This document shows, piece by piece, positions 16,065 through 24,346 of a stretch of DNA of 25,365 bases. Location: positions 1 through 25,365 of IMG/VR virus record IMGVR_UViG_3300044580_000159; one strand, written 5' to 3'. Positions within the stretch are counted from its first letter, which is position 1. Every line of letters starts with the position of its first letter. Origin of the DNA: a virus (taxonomy: Duplodnaviria; Caudoviricetes). The notes under the pieces are model-generated. The model did not search any database. It worked only from the letters and a program-made list of their open reading frames with translations, and was not told the origin of the DNA. Made by a program: the position numbers and the translations under genes.

Positions 16065-16971
16065 TCCATACGAATTACAGAAAGCAGAACCTAGCGCGGT
16101 AGTAGAGATCGAGTCCTCGCGGGCAATCGCGGAAGTCCAGGGTCAGGTTGTCATGGCTAAAAAGTTTCCGCGGGATCCAATCAAATCGATGGATAGGATC
16201 TTAAACGAGTGCCGCAGGGCAACCTTGGCGGAACAGGCAGAGTACTCCTTCCCCCGCGGTGGAACGATGGTCACCGGTCCTTCGATTAGGCTGGCTGAAA
16301 CAATAGCAAGGAACTGGGGCAATCTATCGTTCGGCACTGTTGAAGTAGATAGGCGGGGCGATGAGTCTTCCATGCTCGCCTATGCCTGGGATCTCGAGAC
16401 GAATGTCATGGCTCGCCAGGAATTTAAAGTTCGGCATGTTCGGGATACCAGGGATGGGGCGAAGTCATTACGGGACGAAAGAGACGTCTACGAGGTTACT
16501 GCAAATCAGGGATCTCGGCGAGTTCGTGCCTGCATTTTACGGATCGTACCAGGAGACGTGGTTGACGCTGCGGTTGCAGAATGCCAGCGAACGCTTTCGG
16601 AAAGTATCGGCGATATACAAAACAGAATCCCTAAGATGCTCGAGAAGTTAGGCACTTTCGGAATAACAAAACTCCAGATCGAAAAACGACTTCGGCACAG
16701 AATAGATACCTTAAATGGTCCGGAATACCTGGCACTAGGGAAGATTTACCAATCCCTGAAAGATGGTATGGCAACTCCCGATGACTATTTTGAGCCAGAG
16801 GAAAAGCCAGAAGCTGAAAAGAAAACCTCTGTGGCAGAAGTAGCCAAGAAAGCAGCAGAGAAGATTAAAAAGTCTCCAGCACAAGAAGCGGTAGCGAAGA
16901 TGTTCGATAACGTGAAGACCGAGATAATCGATCCTCCTCCCCCTTATGGCGATAAGCTGGATATCTTCTGA
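16057..16971 (+). CDS. Putative single-strand annealing protein (non-RecT partner of YqaJ)
   Basis: 304 aa with SD AGGAG. Conserved-looking AKKFPRD, YSFPRGG, GPSIRLAE and AWDLETN segments and a charged disordered tail. Function inferred from position. Confidence 0.6.
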   Translation: MSNPYELQKAEPSAVVEIESSRAIAEVQGQVVMAKKFPRDPIKSMDRILNECRRATLAEQAEYSFPRGGTMVTGPSIRLAETIARNWGNLSFGTVEVDRRGDESSMLAYAWDLETNVMARQEFKVRHVRDTRDGAKSLRDERDVYEVTANQGSRRVRACILRIVPGDVVDAAVAECQRTLSESIGDIQNRIPKMLEKLGTFGITKLQIEKRLRHRIDTLNGPEYLALGKIYQSLKDGMATPDDYFEPEEKPEAEKKTSVAEVAKKAAEKIKKSPAQEAVAKMFDNVKTEIIDPPPPYGDKLDIF

Positions 16972-17135
16972 TGCAAAAAGCGCGATGGATCATAAAGCAA
17001 GCGCGGAAGCTGTGGCACAGAAGCGCGGTGTTGAGGGTGATTTGTTATATTTTCAGCTCTCTTCTGTTCTTTGCCGTCATCGCGCTTTTTTATCTCATAG
17101 CCGCGGCTGACTACGCATACACGCGAGGATTGTAG
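16971..17135 (+). CDS. 54-aa single-TM protein (not in the ORF track)
   Basis: MQKARWIIKQARKLWHRSAVLRVICYIFSSLLFFAVIALFYLIAAADYAYTRGL. It fills the gap exactly, with 1-nt overlaps at both ends. Confidence 0.65.
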   Translation: MQKARWIIKQARKLWHRSAVLRVICYIFSSLLFFAVIALFYLIAAADYAYTRGL

Positions 17136-17671
17136 TGGCTCGAAAAAGAATGGTTAATCCGGACATCTGGACAGATACCGGATTCATGGAATTGTCATGG
17201 GGTGCACGGCTCCTTTTCATTGGCATGATCTCGAGAGCGGACGATGAAGGACGAGGGAATGGATCTGCGAAAAGTTTAAAAGCAGCCATTTTCCCCTCTG
17301 ACGATATCACTGTCAGCAGGATCGAGAAGCTCAAGGATGAGGTTCAGCAGTTTACCCGGGTGAAGTTCTATGAAGCCAATGGCCAGATTTATTACCAATT
17401 ACTTAAGTGGAGATTATATCAGCAGATACAATATCCATCCAAGTCTTCAATACCACCACTCAATGAGGATTCATTGAATGCTACCGGAAAGCTCAATGAG
17501 GACTCACATAAATTAACTAATAAGTTAGTTAATAAATTAATTAGTGCTGATTCAATGAACGAAGAGTCGCACGGGCCGTCTTCAATGCGGCCCGGCGACC
17601 TTGAGCAGTACTCGGCCAAGGAAAAGATCAAATCAATGTTTAAGGGCATAGTACCCCAGGAGGCTAAATGA
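17135..17671 (+). CDS. Phage replication initiator (replisome organiser-like)
   Basis: MARKRMVNPDIWTD...ARLLFIGMISRADDEGR N-terminal domain, with an internal repeat and AT-rich tract. Confidence 0.8.
   Translation: MARKRMVNPDIWTDTGFMELSWGARLLFIGMISRADDEGRGNGSAKSLKAAIFPSDDITVSRIEKLKDEVQQFTRVKFYEANGQIYYQLLKWRLYQQIQYPSKSSIPPLNEDSLNATGKLNEDSHKLTNKLVNKLISADSMNEESHGPSSMRPGDLEQYSAKEKIKSMFKGIVPQEAK
17459..17559. repeat. Putative replication origin (iterons plus AT-rich palindrome)
   Basis: CTCAATGAGGA(T/C)TCA at 17459 and 17492, TTCAATGA at 17551, and inverted repeat ATTAACTAA-TAAG-TTAGTTAAT at 17512-17533. Confidence 0.65.
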
Positions 17672-18135
17672 GCTTTTACAAACGCCCATACTTCCAAAAA
17701 TCAAAAACGCGCTCCAGAAAGAAGCTTGACGACTATGATTACAAGTCACTGGTAAAGATCCTTGACAAAGAATTTGGGTTTTATATCAAAAAAACATTTG
17801 AGATAGCTCCAGGATTATCTAGATGCTACACCTGCGGAAATATTCACGAAACGAACGATATCCAGGCAGGGCACTACATTTCGCGAAGGTATTACATCGT
17901 CAGATGGGATCCTAGAAATGTAAGACCACAGTGTTCTGGGTGCAACGGGCCACGGGCAGGAGAACCGCTTAGATTCAGGGTCAACCTTGTTGAGGACATT
18001 GGGGCAAAAAACGTCGAGAACCTTGAGTTCCTTGCTAGGTTTAACGGAGAACGAAATATGCCTAGAGAGTTTTTAATCGAGCAGATCGGAATTTACAGAA
18101 AATTGAATAAAAAACTACGGAGGGAGGAATTATGA
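17668..18135 (+). CDS. ninG: NinG/Rap-like recombination endonuclease
   Basis: CYTCG...QAGHYISR...RWDPRNVRPQCSGCN pattern. Confidence 0.85.
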   Translation: MSFYKRPYFQKSKTRSRKKLDDYDYKSLVKILDKEFGFYIKKTFEIAPGLSRCYTCGNIHETNDIQAGHYISRRYYIVRWDPRNVRPQCSGCNGPRAGEPLRFRVNLVEDIGAKNVENLEFLARFNGERNMPREFLIEQIGIYRKLNKKLRREEL

Positions 18136-18287
18136 ATCTAAACTTAGAGTTCTCAGAATATGAAATCAAGTACCTAGAGCGCGAATATAAGCGGCGCGGA
18201 TTAGGAATAGATCTTCCTGGGAACAACCCGTCGCCGGTTGATATGGCGATAAAAAAAATCGTCGAAGCCGCAAGGAAACAAAAATAA
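18132..18287 (+). CDS. 51-aa hypothetical protein (not in the ORF track)
   Basis: MNLNLEFSEYEIKYLERE...EAARKQK with SD GGAGG. Abuts both neighbours. Confidence 0.6.
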   Translation: MNLNLEFSEYEIKYLEREYKRRGLGIDLPGNNPSPVDMAIKKIVEAARKQK

Positions 18288-18593
18288 ATGTCGCGCATGA
18301 TCTTGTACGCAGAGATCGAGGCTGAACGTCGGCGGCAGGAATTAAAGTGGGGAGAGCAGAATCACCAAATCAATACCATATCTACTCATTGGATGTATTC
18401 GGCGCTTGCCAGGGATGCAAAAAGAAGCTGCGAGATTGCACGGAAAGAGGGAAATATTACTTGGTTCGACATTCTCTTTGAAGAGTTCTGTGAGGTCTTC
18501 GCCGAAAGGACACCAAAAAAGCAGCGCGAAGAATTGATTCAGGTCGCCGCAGTCGCGGTCCAGATGATCGAATATATCGACCGGAGGCTGTAA
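18288..18593 (+). CDS. MazG-like all-alpha NTP pyrophosphohydrolase-type protein
   Basis: ILFEEFCEVF...REELIQVAAVAVQMIE acidic helical motif. Confidence 0.6.
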   Translation: MSRMILYAEIEAERRRQELKWGEQNHQINTISTHWMYSALARDAKRSCEIARKEGNITWFDILFEEFCEVFAERTPKKQREELIQVAAVAVQMIEYIDRRL

Positions 18594-19015
18594 TGCGAAA
18601 TATACAACTAGAAAAAACTAACACTATAGATCCGCACTCGATAGAGTTGCTTGAGCGCATAATAGATAACGGGAGTTGTGTATTTATAAAATGCCCCGCG
18701 TGTCCATTGTATGAAGAATGCAACTCAGAAGTTGAGATTGCTGAGCTTGCGAAGAATAAACTCGATGCATTTAGAAAAATAATAAGCGAGGTACACATGA
18801 AAAAAGAAAATCAGTCATGGGTAATAAAGTCGCGGGGGTTGGTATGCTCGTGTTGTGGTCGCCCCTTTACGGAAATAATGAGGCGGAAAGCAATGGTACA
18901 CCCTGCTCTTTTTGAAGAAATCGGAGAATTTCATATCTGTGGTTCCTGTTTACGAAAACAGCAAAAACATTCAGACGACTCTATCGTCGCAGCTGCGAGG
19001 TTTGGCGATTGCTAA
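18593..19015 (+). CDS. Hypothetical Cys-rich (Zn-binding) protein
   Basis: CVFIKCPACPLYEEC and CSCC...CGSC clusters. An internal in-frame SD plus ATG at 18797. Confidence 0.65.
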   Translation: MRNIQLEKTNTIDPHSIELLERIIDNGSCVFIKCPACPLYEECNSEVEIAELAKNKLDAFRKIISEVHMKKENQSWVIKSRGLVCSCCGRPFTEIMRRKAMVHPALFEEIGEFHICGSCLRKQQKHSDDSIVAAARFGDC

Positions 19016-19046
19016 AAGAAGCGAAGGAAAAACAGGAGGAAGATAA

Positions 19047-19418
19047 ATGCAGGTAATTATCATGGAGAGTGTGGAAGCGCTGGCAATACAAATTGAGCGC
19101 GAACTTATCAAACATTCTTGCGACGCTCCTGTTGTGGATTCCATCCTCTCCTGCCTGCACCCCATCGAGGTGCCGAGCGAGGCGGGGAAGCTGGTCGGGA
19201 AGATTATTATGCTTTTCGCAGAAGCCCAAATAAAGCAAACCGACGAGGCTATTACACAAGCTCTAGCCGAAGCCGCCGCGCTGATTGAATCCTATGGGCG
19301 CAGGGTGCCGATGAAAATGCTGACAGAGATTTTTAACAATGCGGTTGATTGGGTACCTATTGGTGACTCCGAACGGGTTGATGAGATCGCCGCCAAGTAC
19401 GGCTACCGCGTTGAGTAG
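19047..19418 (+). CDS. Hypothetical phage protein
   Basis: 123 aa with SD AGGAGG. Confidence 0.7.
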   Translation: MQVIIMESVEALAIQIERELIKHSCDAPVVDSILSCLHPIEVPSEAGKLVGKIIMLFAEAQIKQTDEAITQALAEAAALIESYGRRVPMKMLTEIFNNAVDWVPIGDSERVDEIAAKYGYRVE

Positions 19419-19431
19419 AGAGGGGTGAGAT

Positions 19432-19656
19432 ATGACCTATAATGAGGTACAGAATATTATTGGTAGATACGCGTCTGAAATGGCACCATATTTTGCTGAT
19501 CATTGGTCGCGATTTCCGCGCGGCGGAACCGCCGCAATGATCGTTAATTATTTACAAGAAAGATGTAATTTCTATTATGACGCGGGAATTCCGGAAGTCT
19601 CAAAACAACTCTCAGATGCTGCCGCTGAAATAATAGCGAGAGAAGGAAGACCATGA
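19432..19656 (+). CDS. Hypothetical phage protein
   Basis: 74 aa with SD GAGGGG. Coupled to the next gene. Confidence 0.65.
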   Translation: MTYNEVQNIIGRYASEMAPYFADHWSRFPRGGTAAMIVNYLQERCNFYYDAGIPEVSKQLSDAAAEIIAREGRP

Positions 19657-20309
19657 TGAAAGAGCGACCAATTATTTTTAACAGTGACGAGGTTCGGGCA
19701 ATCCTTGAGGGCCGAAAGACCATGATGCGGCGGGTGGTGAAAGGTTTCGCCCTTGACTGGCTGGATAACGCAGGGTTTTCACCAAAGTTCGTGGCAGATC
19801 CCGACAACTATCTTTGCCCCTACGGTCAGCCAGGCGATAGGCTATGGGTTAAAGAGACAACATTTAATGTTGAAGATCATGGCTATGTCGGGCCGGTATA
19901 TCTCCAATCTGATCGTGCTGCGGAAATAATTGACTGGGGGCTCGCGCCAAGCGGGGACGATCCTGCTGAAGTAGATCCTGAAGATGTGAAGCTAAGGCCA
20001 TCCATTTTTATGCCCAAAAAGTATGCAAGGATATTCCTTGAAGTCGTCGGCGTCCGTGTCGAGCGGGTGCAGGATATAAGCGAGGAAGATGCAGAACGCG
20101 AGGGTAGTTATCTTGGTCGGTGCGCGTGTTTGCCAAGACTATCTGATAAATCGCCAATAGAAAAAATGTTTCAGCAAACCTATTGCCATATTCACGGCCA
20201 AGAATTCAAGTCCCTTTGGGACTCCATCAACGCCAAGCGCGGCTACGGTTGGGATACTAACCCATGGGTGTGGGTAATCGAGTTTAAACAAGTGGAGGCT
20301 ACACGATGA
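19653..20309 (+). CDS. ASCH/PUA-like phage protein
   Basis: MKERPIIF...AILEGRKTMMRR, CPYGQPGDRLWVKET, PSIFMP, VERVQDISEEDA and W..NPWVWVIEF family motifs. Confidence 0.8.
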   Translation: MMKERPIIFNSDEVRAILEGRKTMMRRVVKGFALDWLDNAGFSPKFVADPDNYLCPYGQPGDRLWVKETTFNVEDHGYVGPVYLQSDRAAEIIDWGLAPSGDDPAEVDPEDVKLRPSIFMPKKYARIFLEVVGVRVERVQDISEEDAEREGSYLGRCACLPRLSDKSPIEKMFQQTYCHIHGQEFKSLWDSINAKRGYGWDTNPWVWVIEFKQVEATR

Positions 20310-20659
20310 GCAAACTTAGCGAGGCGCTCGCGGCGATGGACAAGGCGACGTTAGGGCCGTGGGAAGCAATAAAGCCGGTTAATAGCAATGGGTTTTGGTA
20401 CATTAATAACCACTCCACATCCAGTGGTGAGATAGCAACAAATTACGGTGAAAAAGCCATGTATAACGCCAACATCACCGCCGCCGCACCCGACGCCCTG
20501 GCCTGGATTAAAGAGGCGCTGCCGTACATCACGGAATACAGGGACGCACTAGCGACGAATCTTGAAAATTGCGATTTTGGGCCACGTGAAGAAGGGGCAG
20601 CAAGAAAAGAGCTTGCTCGTCTCGACGCCCTAATCGCACGGGCAAAGCCGGAAGTTTAG
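20306..20659 (+). CDS. Hypothetical protein, Ead/Ea22-like
   Basis: KATLGPW...NANITAAAPD motif common in phage early regions. Confidence 0.65.
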   Translation: MSKLSEALAAMDKATLGPWEAIKPVNSNGFWYINNHSTSSGEIATNYGEKAMYNANITAAAPDALAWIKEALPYITEYRDALATNLENCDFGPREEGAARKELARLDALIARAKPEV

Positions 20660-20668
20660 AGGAAGAAA

Positions 20669-20842
20669 ATGACAGTAGAACGCGCAAAGATGTTTGGATG
20701 GGTAGTGGTCGGAGGTAATGGGACGCTTAAAAAGTCTGCATTAGCTGAAGTTCTTGAAACCTTGTTGACCGAAATTGAGCGCCTCGAAAGCGTTAAAAAC
20801 ACTGAACAACAGGTCAATGTAAGGAGCAAACGAAATGGATAA
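20669..20842 (+). CDS. 57-aa hypothetical protein (not in the ORF track)
   Basis: MTVERAKMFGW...LLTEIERLES with SD GAGGA. Overlaps the next start. Confidence 0.55.
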   Translation: MTVERAKMFGWVVVGGNGTLKKSALAEVLETLLTEIERLESVKNTEQQVNVRSKRNG

Positions 20843-21038
20843 GTATGAAGAAATGCGGATGCTGTTTATTGAGTACATAACAAAAGTGCAGCATGGCATG
20901 AAAGGTCGAAAAGAACTCGCCATTATTGATGACTACGAGCGTATAAGCGGACGTGATTTTATAAAAGACCGCGATGACTTTTGGGCGGCGTCGAACAACA
21001 AGTTTGAGCCGATAAAGCCGGAGGAGGTAAGGGAATGA
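20835..21038 (+). CDS. Hypothetical phage protein
   Basis: 67 aa with SD AAGGAG. Confidence 0.65.
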   Translation: MDKYEEMRMLFIEYITKVQHGMKGRKELAIIDDYERISGRDFIKDRDDFWAASNNKFEPIKPEEVRE

Positions 21039-21427
21039 GTAAAGTATCCAGGGAGGAGCGCGGTTGGGCGGGTCATTTATGTGTAGCTGATGGCTGTAGG
21101 TTTAGGAGAAATACCCTACTGTGGAGTGGCGAGACATACGTCGTAGTGTCAACCGTAGGAAATTATTGTTATCAGGGGAGGCCGGATGAGATAGGGTGTA
21201 ACCGCTATTACGAAACGATGGTGTTCTTTAGCAAGGATGACGATGCGCTTTACCACGATGCTGACGTAATCAAGGAAATCAGCTTTAACTCGCCGTGGGC
21301 TATCGACCACATTAGCGAGCAGTCAGATAAAGAGGCAAATTATATGCACGATATGGTCGTGCTTGAGATTATGCAAAAGATGGAGAGTGGGGAATTGGTC
21401 AAGCCGGAGGAGGTGGGGATGCTATGA
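21035..21427 (+). CDS. Hypothetical phage protein
   Basis: 130 aa with SD GGAGG and ATGA coupling at both ends. Confidence 0.7.
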   Translation: MSKVSREERGWAGHLCVADGCRFRRNTLLWSGETYVVVSTVGNYCYQGRPDEIGCNRYYETMVFFSKDDDALYHDADVIKEISFNSPWAIDHISEQSDKEANYMHDMVVLEIMQKMESGELVKPEEVGML

Positions 21428-21870
21428 TAAAACGCGAACGTATCCGCTCCAAGTTCGGCGGACGGTGTGCCTATTGTGGGCGTGAACTTGGAAAAACATT
21501 CCATGCCGATCATGTAGAGCCACTTTGCAGGGATTGGGATAATGGCGCGCTTGCCGTTTATGGACGCAAAAAGGGCAAGGACTCTGAAGATAATCTTTTC
21601 CCCGCTTGCCCTCGATGCAACAGGCGTAAAGCTATGATGCCGCTTGAGGACTTTCGGCTCACAATCTATGCAGAAGTGCAAATGCTTCGCAAATACAGTG
21701 ATAAATTCCGGCTTGCCGAGGACTTTGGAATAATCAAGGAAACCGGTCAAGACGTAGTTTTTTGGTTTGAAAAATACAAGGAGAAAAACGATGCCTGGAC
21801 GAAAATCTCGCCTTCCTGTGCCAGAAATGCCACAACGGGTACGACGCGAAACACCGGGCGGCCGGATTAA
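21424..21870 (+). CDS. HNH endonuclease
   Basis: GRCAYCG...HADHVEP...NLFPACPRCNRRK. Confidence 0.9.
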   Translation: MIKRERIRSKFGGRCAYCGRELGKTFHADHVEPLCRDWDNGALAVYGRKKGKDSEDNLFPACPRCNRRKAMMPLEDFRLTIYAEVQMLRKYSDKFRLAEDFGIIKETGQDVVFWFEKYKEKNDAWTKISPSCARNATTGTTRNTGRPD

Positions 21871-21884
21871 GGAACGGAGGATGA
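21791..21884 (+). pseudogene. Remnant of a second HNH-type gene
   Basis: The frame starting at 21792 reads CLDENLAFLCQKCHNGYDAKHRAAG, an HNH C-terminal motif, with no in-frame start of its own. Confidence 0.65.
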
Positions 21885-21887
21885 ATA

Positions 21888-22175
21888 GTGTCAGTGTGTA
21901 AGGAGCCGTCGAGTACTGATAATATTGGTCCGTCATGGCTGCTCTTGTCATCAGTTAAAATAGGTCTCAGCGAAAGTAACGGGAGACCTAGGAGGAAGTG
22001 TAGGTACATAATTGAAACAAAACATTATCGTCAAGAATACAGGGACCTGGACGAGTTGTGCGATAAGGAAGGTCTTACAATAGCGCAAGTCCGTAGTCAC
22101 CTGTATCGCAGACGGAAAGGAATAGACACGTATACTGTATCTGATTCTGGGGAGATTGTTAGGATCTATGAGTAA
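21888..22175 (+). CDS. Hypothetical protein, possible HTH DNA-binding
   Basis: GTG after GGAGG. LDELCDKEGLTIAQVRSHLYRR looks HTH-like. Confidence 0.55.
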   Translation: MSVCKEPSSTDNIGPSWLLLSSVKIGLSESNGRPRRKCRYIIETKHYRQEYRDLDELCDKEGLTIAQVRSHLYRRRKGIDTYTVSDSGEIVRIYE

Positions 22176-22869
22176 GGCAGCACGGAAGAAGCCAAATAAA
22201 AAAGCGATAGTAATAAATCAAAAATGGGATTTGTTCATTGAAAAGTATACAGAGAGAGACTTCAAGGATGCCGCTGGAGCGTACAAAGAAGCGTTCGGAT
22301 GCTCCAGGGATTCTGCCTATGTGGGGTATAAGCGATTATTGCGTTCACAAAAGTTTCAGGAGCATTTTGCTGAAAAAATATCATCATCTATCGGTGATTC
22401 TATTTTTGGTATCGATCTCAGAATTGTAAAAATGTATGTAACGCGAGCATTTTATGACATTGCAGACATCCTTGATGCGCGAGGAGATCTCGTTGCGCCG
22501 CTTAGTGAGCTTAGTAAAAAAGGCCTTTCGTGCGTGATCGTGGACATAGATAAACGCATAGATAGGGATGGAGGAGAACACATAGTATACAAGCTCGCTG
22601 ACCGAGACAAGGCTCTTCTCATGCTAAAGGATTACATGGAGATTGTTAACCGGGTTAAGCCGCAAAGGAAGGACGATTCAGGGAGTGGTGGTGGACCGTC
22701 AGCACGAGTGTATGTCGTGCAACGGAGGACGGTCGAAGAATGGAGAGCATATTACGAGACGGATCTATCTGGCTACCACAACCAAGACAGGGAGACGCCA
22801 TCAGCAATCCCGCTTTCGAGCTCTTCTTTGGAGGAGCCAAGGGAGGAGGAAAATCTGATTTCATTCTAG
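22168..22869 (+). CDS. terS: Terminase small subunit
   Basis: N-terminal HTH (FIEKY...AAGAYKEAF...RLLR), RAFYDIADIL and YKLADRDKALLML. Directly upstream of TerL. Confidence 0.85.
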   Translation: MSKAARKKPNKKAIVINQKWDLFIEKYTERDFKDAAGAYKEAFGCSRDSAYVGYKRLLRSQKFQEHFAEKISSSIGDSIFGIDLRIVKMYVTRAFYDIADILDARGDLVAPLSELSKKGLSCVIVDIDKRIDRDGGEHIVYKLADRDKALLMLKDYMEIVNRVKPQRKDDSGSGGGPSARVYVVQRRTVEEWRAYYETDLSGYHNQDRETPSAIPLSSSSLEEPREEENLISF

Positions 22870-24143
22870 GTGACTTCCTCTATGATTGGGAGGAGTGGGG
22901 AGTAGCGTGGAGGGGGATCCTTTTTCGCAGAGAATACAAAGAGCTTGAAGAAATAATACATCGGAGCCATGAGATCTACGGGAAGATTCCAGGGGCATAC
23001 TATAAGGGCGGTGATCAGAGGACCTGGTATCTTCCGGCCCCCTATGCAAAATACCCTGGTTACGCAACATTGCGCCTGAGAAACTTGAGGAATATGGCGG
23101 ATGTTGGCGAGTATAACGGCCACCAGTATCCGTGGATCGGATTCGATGAGCTCACAGAGCACCCAACAGGCGGTCCCTACGAATTTATGATTGGTTGTTG
23201 CCGCTCCGCATACGGAGCGCCTTGCCGTATCAGATCAACAGGCAACCCTGGCCGGCCCGGTCATGGATGGGTCAAAGCCAGGTTTGTAGACGTAGCCCAT
23301 CCGTTTGAGCTTTATACCGATCCAGAGACGGGACTTACCCGTTGTTTTATCCCATCCAGGCTAGAGGATAACAAAATACTTATCGCCAATGATCCAGATT
23401 ACGAGCGGCGCCTCCTTCATTTTGAGCCGCACCTGCGTAAGGCTTTAAGATACGGAGATTGGTCAGTAGTAATCGGCCAGGTCCTCTCCGAATTCTCATC
23501 ATACAAGCACGTTATTCGTCAGGCCCCGCTTGATCAGTCATGGTACAAGTTTGCTGCTCTTGATTGGGGGTTCGCGAAACCTTTCGCCGTCTTATGGTTC
23601 GCGGTTGATGGCCAGGGTCGGGTAATCCTTTATCGTGAGTGGTACGGCTCTAGCGGGGATAAGGACGAAGGTATCAGGCTTGGATCCAAGGCTCTGGCAA
23701 AAAAAGCCTGGGATATGTCTGTAGCCGAAGGGGTAACGACAATGGTTGCAGACCCATCGATTTGGCAGCACAAGGACGAGGGAGCAACGATAGCAGAGTA
23801 TTTTGAGGAGGTAGGCTGGACGATGGTAAAGGGAGAGAACGATAGAATAATAGGGCTTCAGAAGGTCCATGAATATTTACAAGGTCTGGGTATGGATGGC
23901 CGTCCCATGTTTCTGGTCATGGAAAACTGCCATCACTGGATCAGAACAGTTCCATACTTATGTGCCGACCCATCCGACCCCGAAGATATAAATACCGACA
24001 TGGAGGATCATGCATACGACGCCACGCGGTATGCGCTTATGAGCGAGTTTACGAAGAAGCCCCACTTACTTCGACGTAAACAAACACTTCATCCTATCAA
24101 ACGAAAGCCTCATTACGACCCGATGACGTATGGGATACGTTAG
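22740..24143 (+). CDS. terL: Terminase large subunit
   Basis: Walker A GGAKGGGKS, Walker B IGFDELT, TGNPG, and nuclease motifs ALDWGF and EDHAYDATRY. SD GGAGGA at 22724. Confidence 0.97.
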   Translation: MESILRDGSIWLPQPRQGDAISNPAFELFFGGAKGGGKSDFILGDFLYDWEEWGVAWRGILFRREYKELEEIIHRSHEIYGKIPGAYYKGGDQRTWYLPAPYAKYPGYATLRLRNLRNMADVGEYNGHQYPWIGFDELTEHPTGGPYEFMIGCCRSAYGAPCRIRSTGNPGRPGHGWVKARFVDVAHPFELYTDPETGLTRCFIPSRLEDNKILIANDPDYERRLLHFEPHLRKALRYGDWSVVIGQVLSEFSSYKHVIRQAPLDQSWYKFAALDWGFAKPFAVLWFAVDGQGRVILYREWYGSSGDKDEGIRLGSKALAKKAWDMSVAEGVTTMVADPSIWQHKDEGATIAEYFEEVGWTMVKGENDRIIGLQKVHEYLQGLGMDGRPMFLVMENCHHWIRTVPYLCADPSDPEDINTDMEDHAYDATRYALMSEFTKKPHLLRRKQTLHPIKRKPHYDPMTYGIR

Positions 24144-24250
24144 GAATGTTCCCGTTTTTATTCATTGTTTATGCGCGTGTATTCGTTTAGCCCCCTCCCC
24201 TAACCGGAGCTGCTACAAAAGTATTGAACAAAACTCTATATTGTGCGATT

Positions 24251-24335
24251 TGTCGTATCGACAGGTCCAACACCACAACCTGTATCCGAACAGTTCCGTG
24301 AGGGCTCCTGCACCACGGCGGGAGCCCAAGTCGGG
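24251..24335 (+). promoter_or_regulatory. Structured leader upstream of the head operon
   Basis: Stem GGGCTCCTGC/GCGGGAGCCC (24302-24327) plus smaller competing stems, immediately before SD AGGAGG. Confidence 0.4.
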
Positions 24336-24346
24336 CAGGAGGAGAG

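Noticed and set aside
16978-17027. AAGCGCG three times at about 21-22 nt spacing, as possible iterons
   Set aside because: The match is only 7 nt and lies inside a plausible coding sequence. A better origin candidate lies at 17459-17559.
21340-21951. 203-aa minus-strand ORF
   Set aside because: It is the antisense shadow of the HNH gene within a uniformly plus-strand operon.
24296-24335. Pistol or HDV-like ribozyme / H-type pseudoknot
   Set aside because: There is superficial CCGTG/CACGG plus GGGCT/AGCCC pairing, but the linkers of 0-1 nt are too short and the conserved catalytic junctions are absent.
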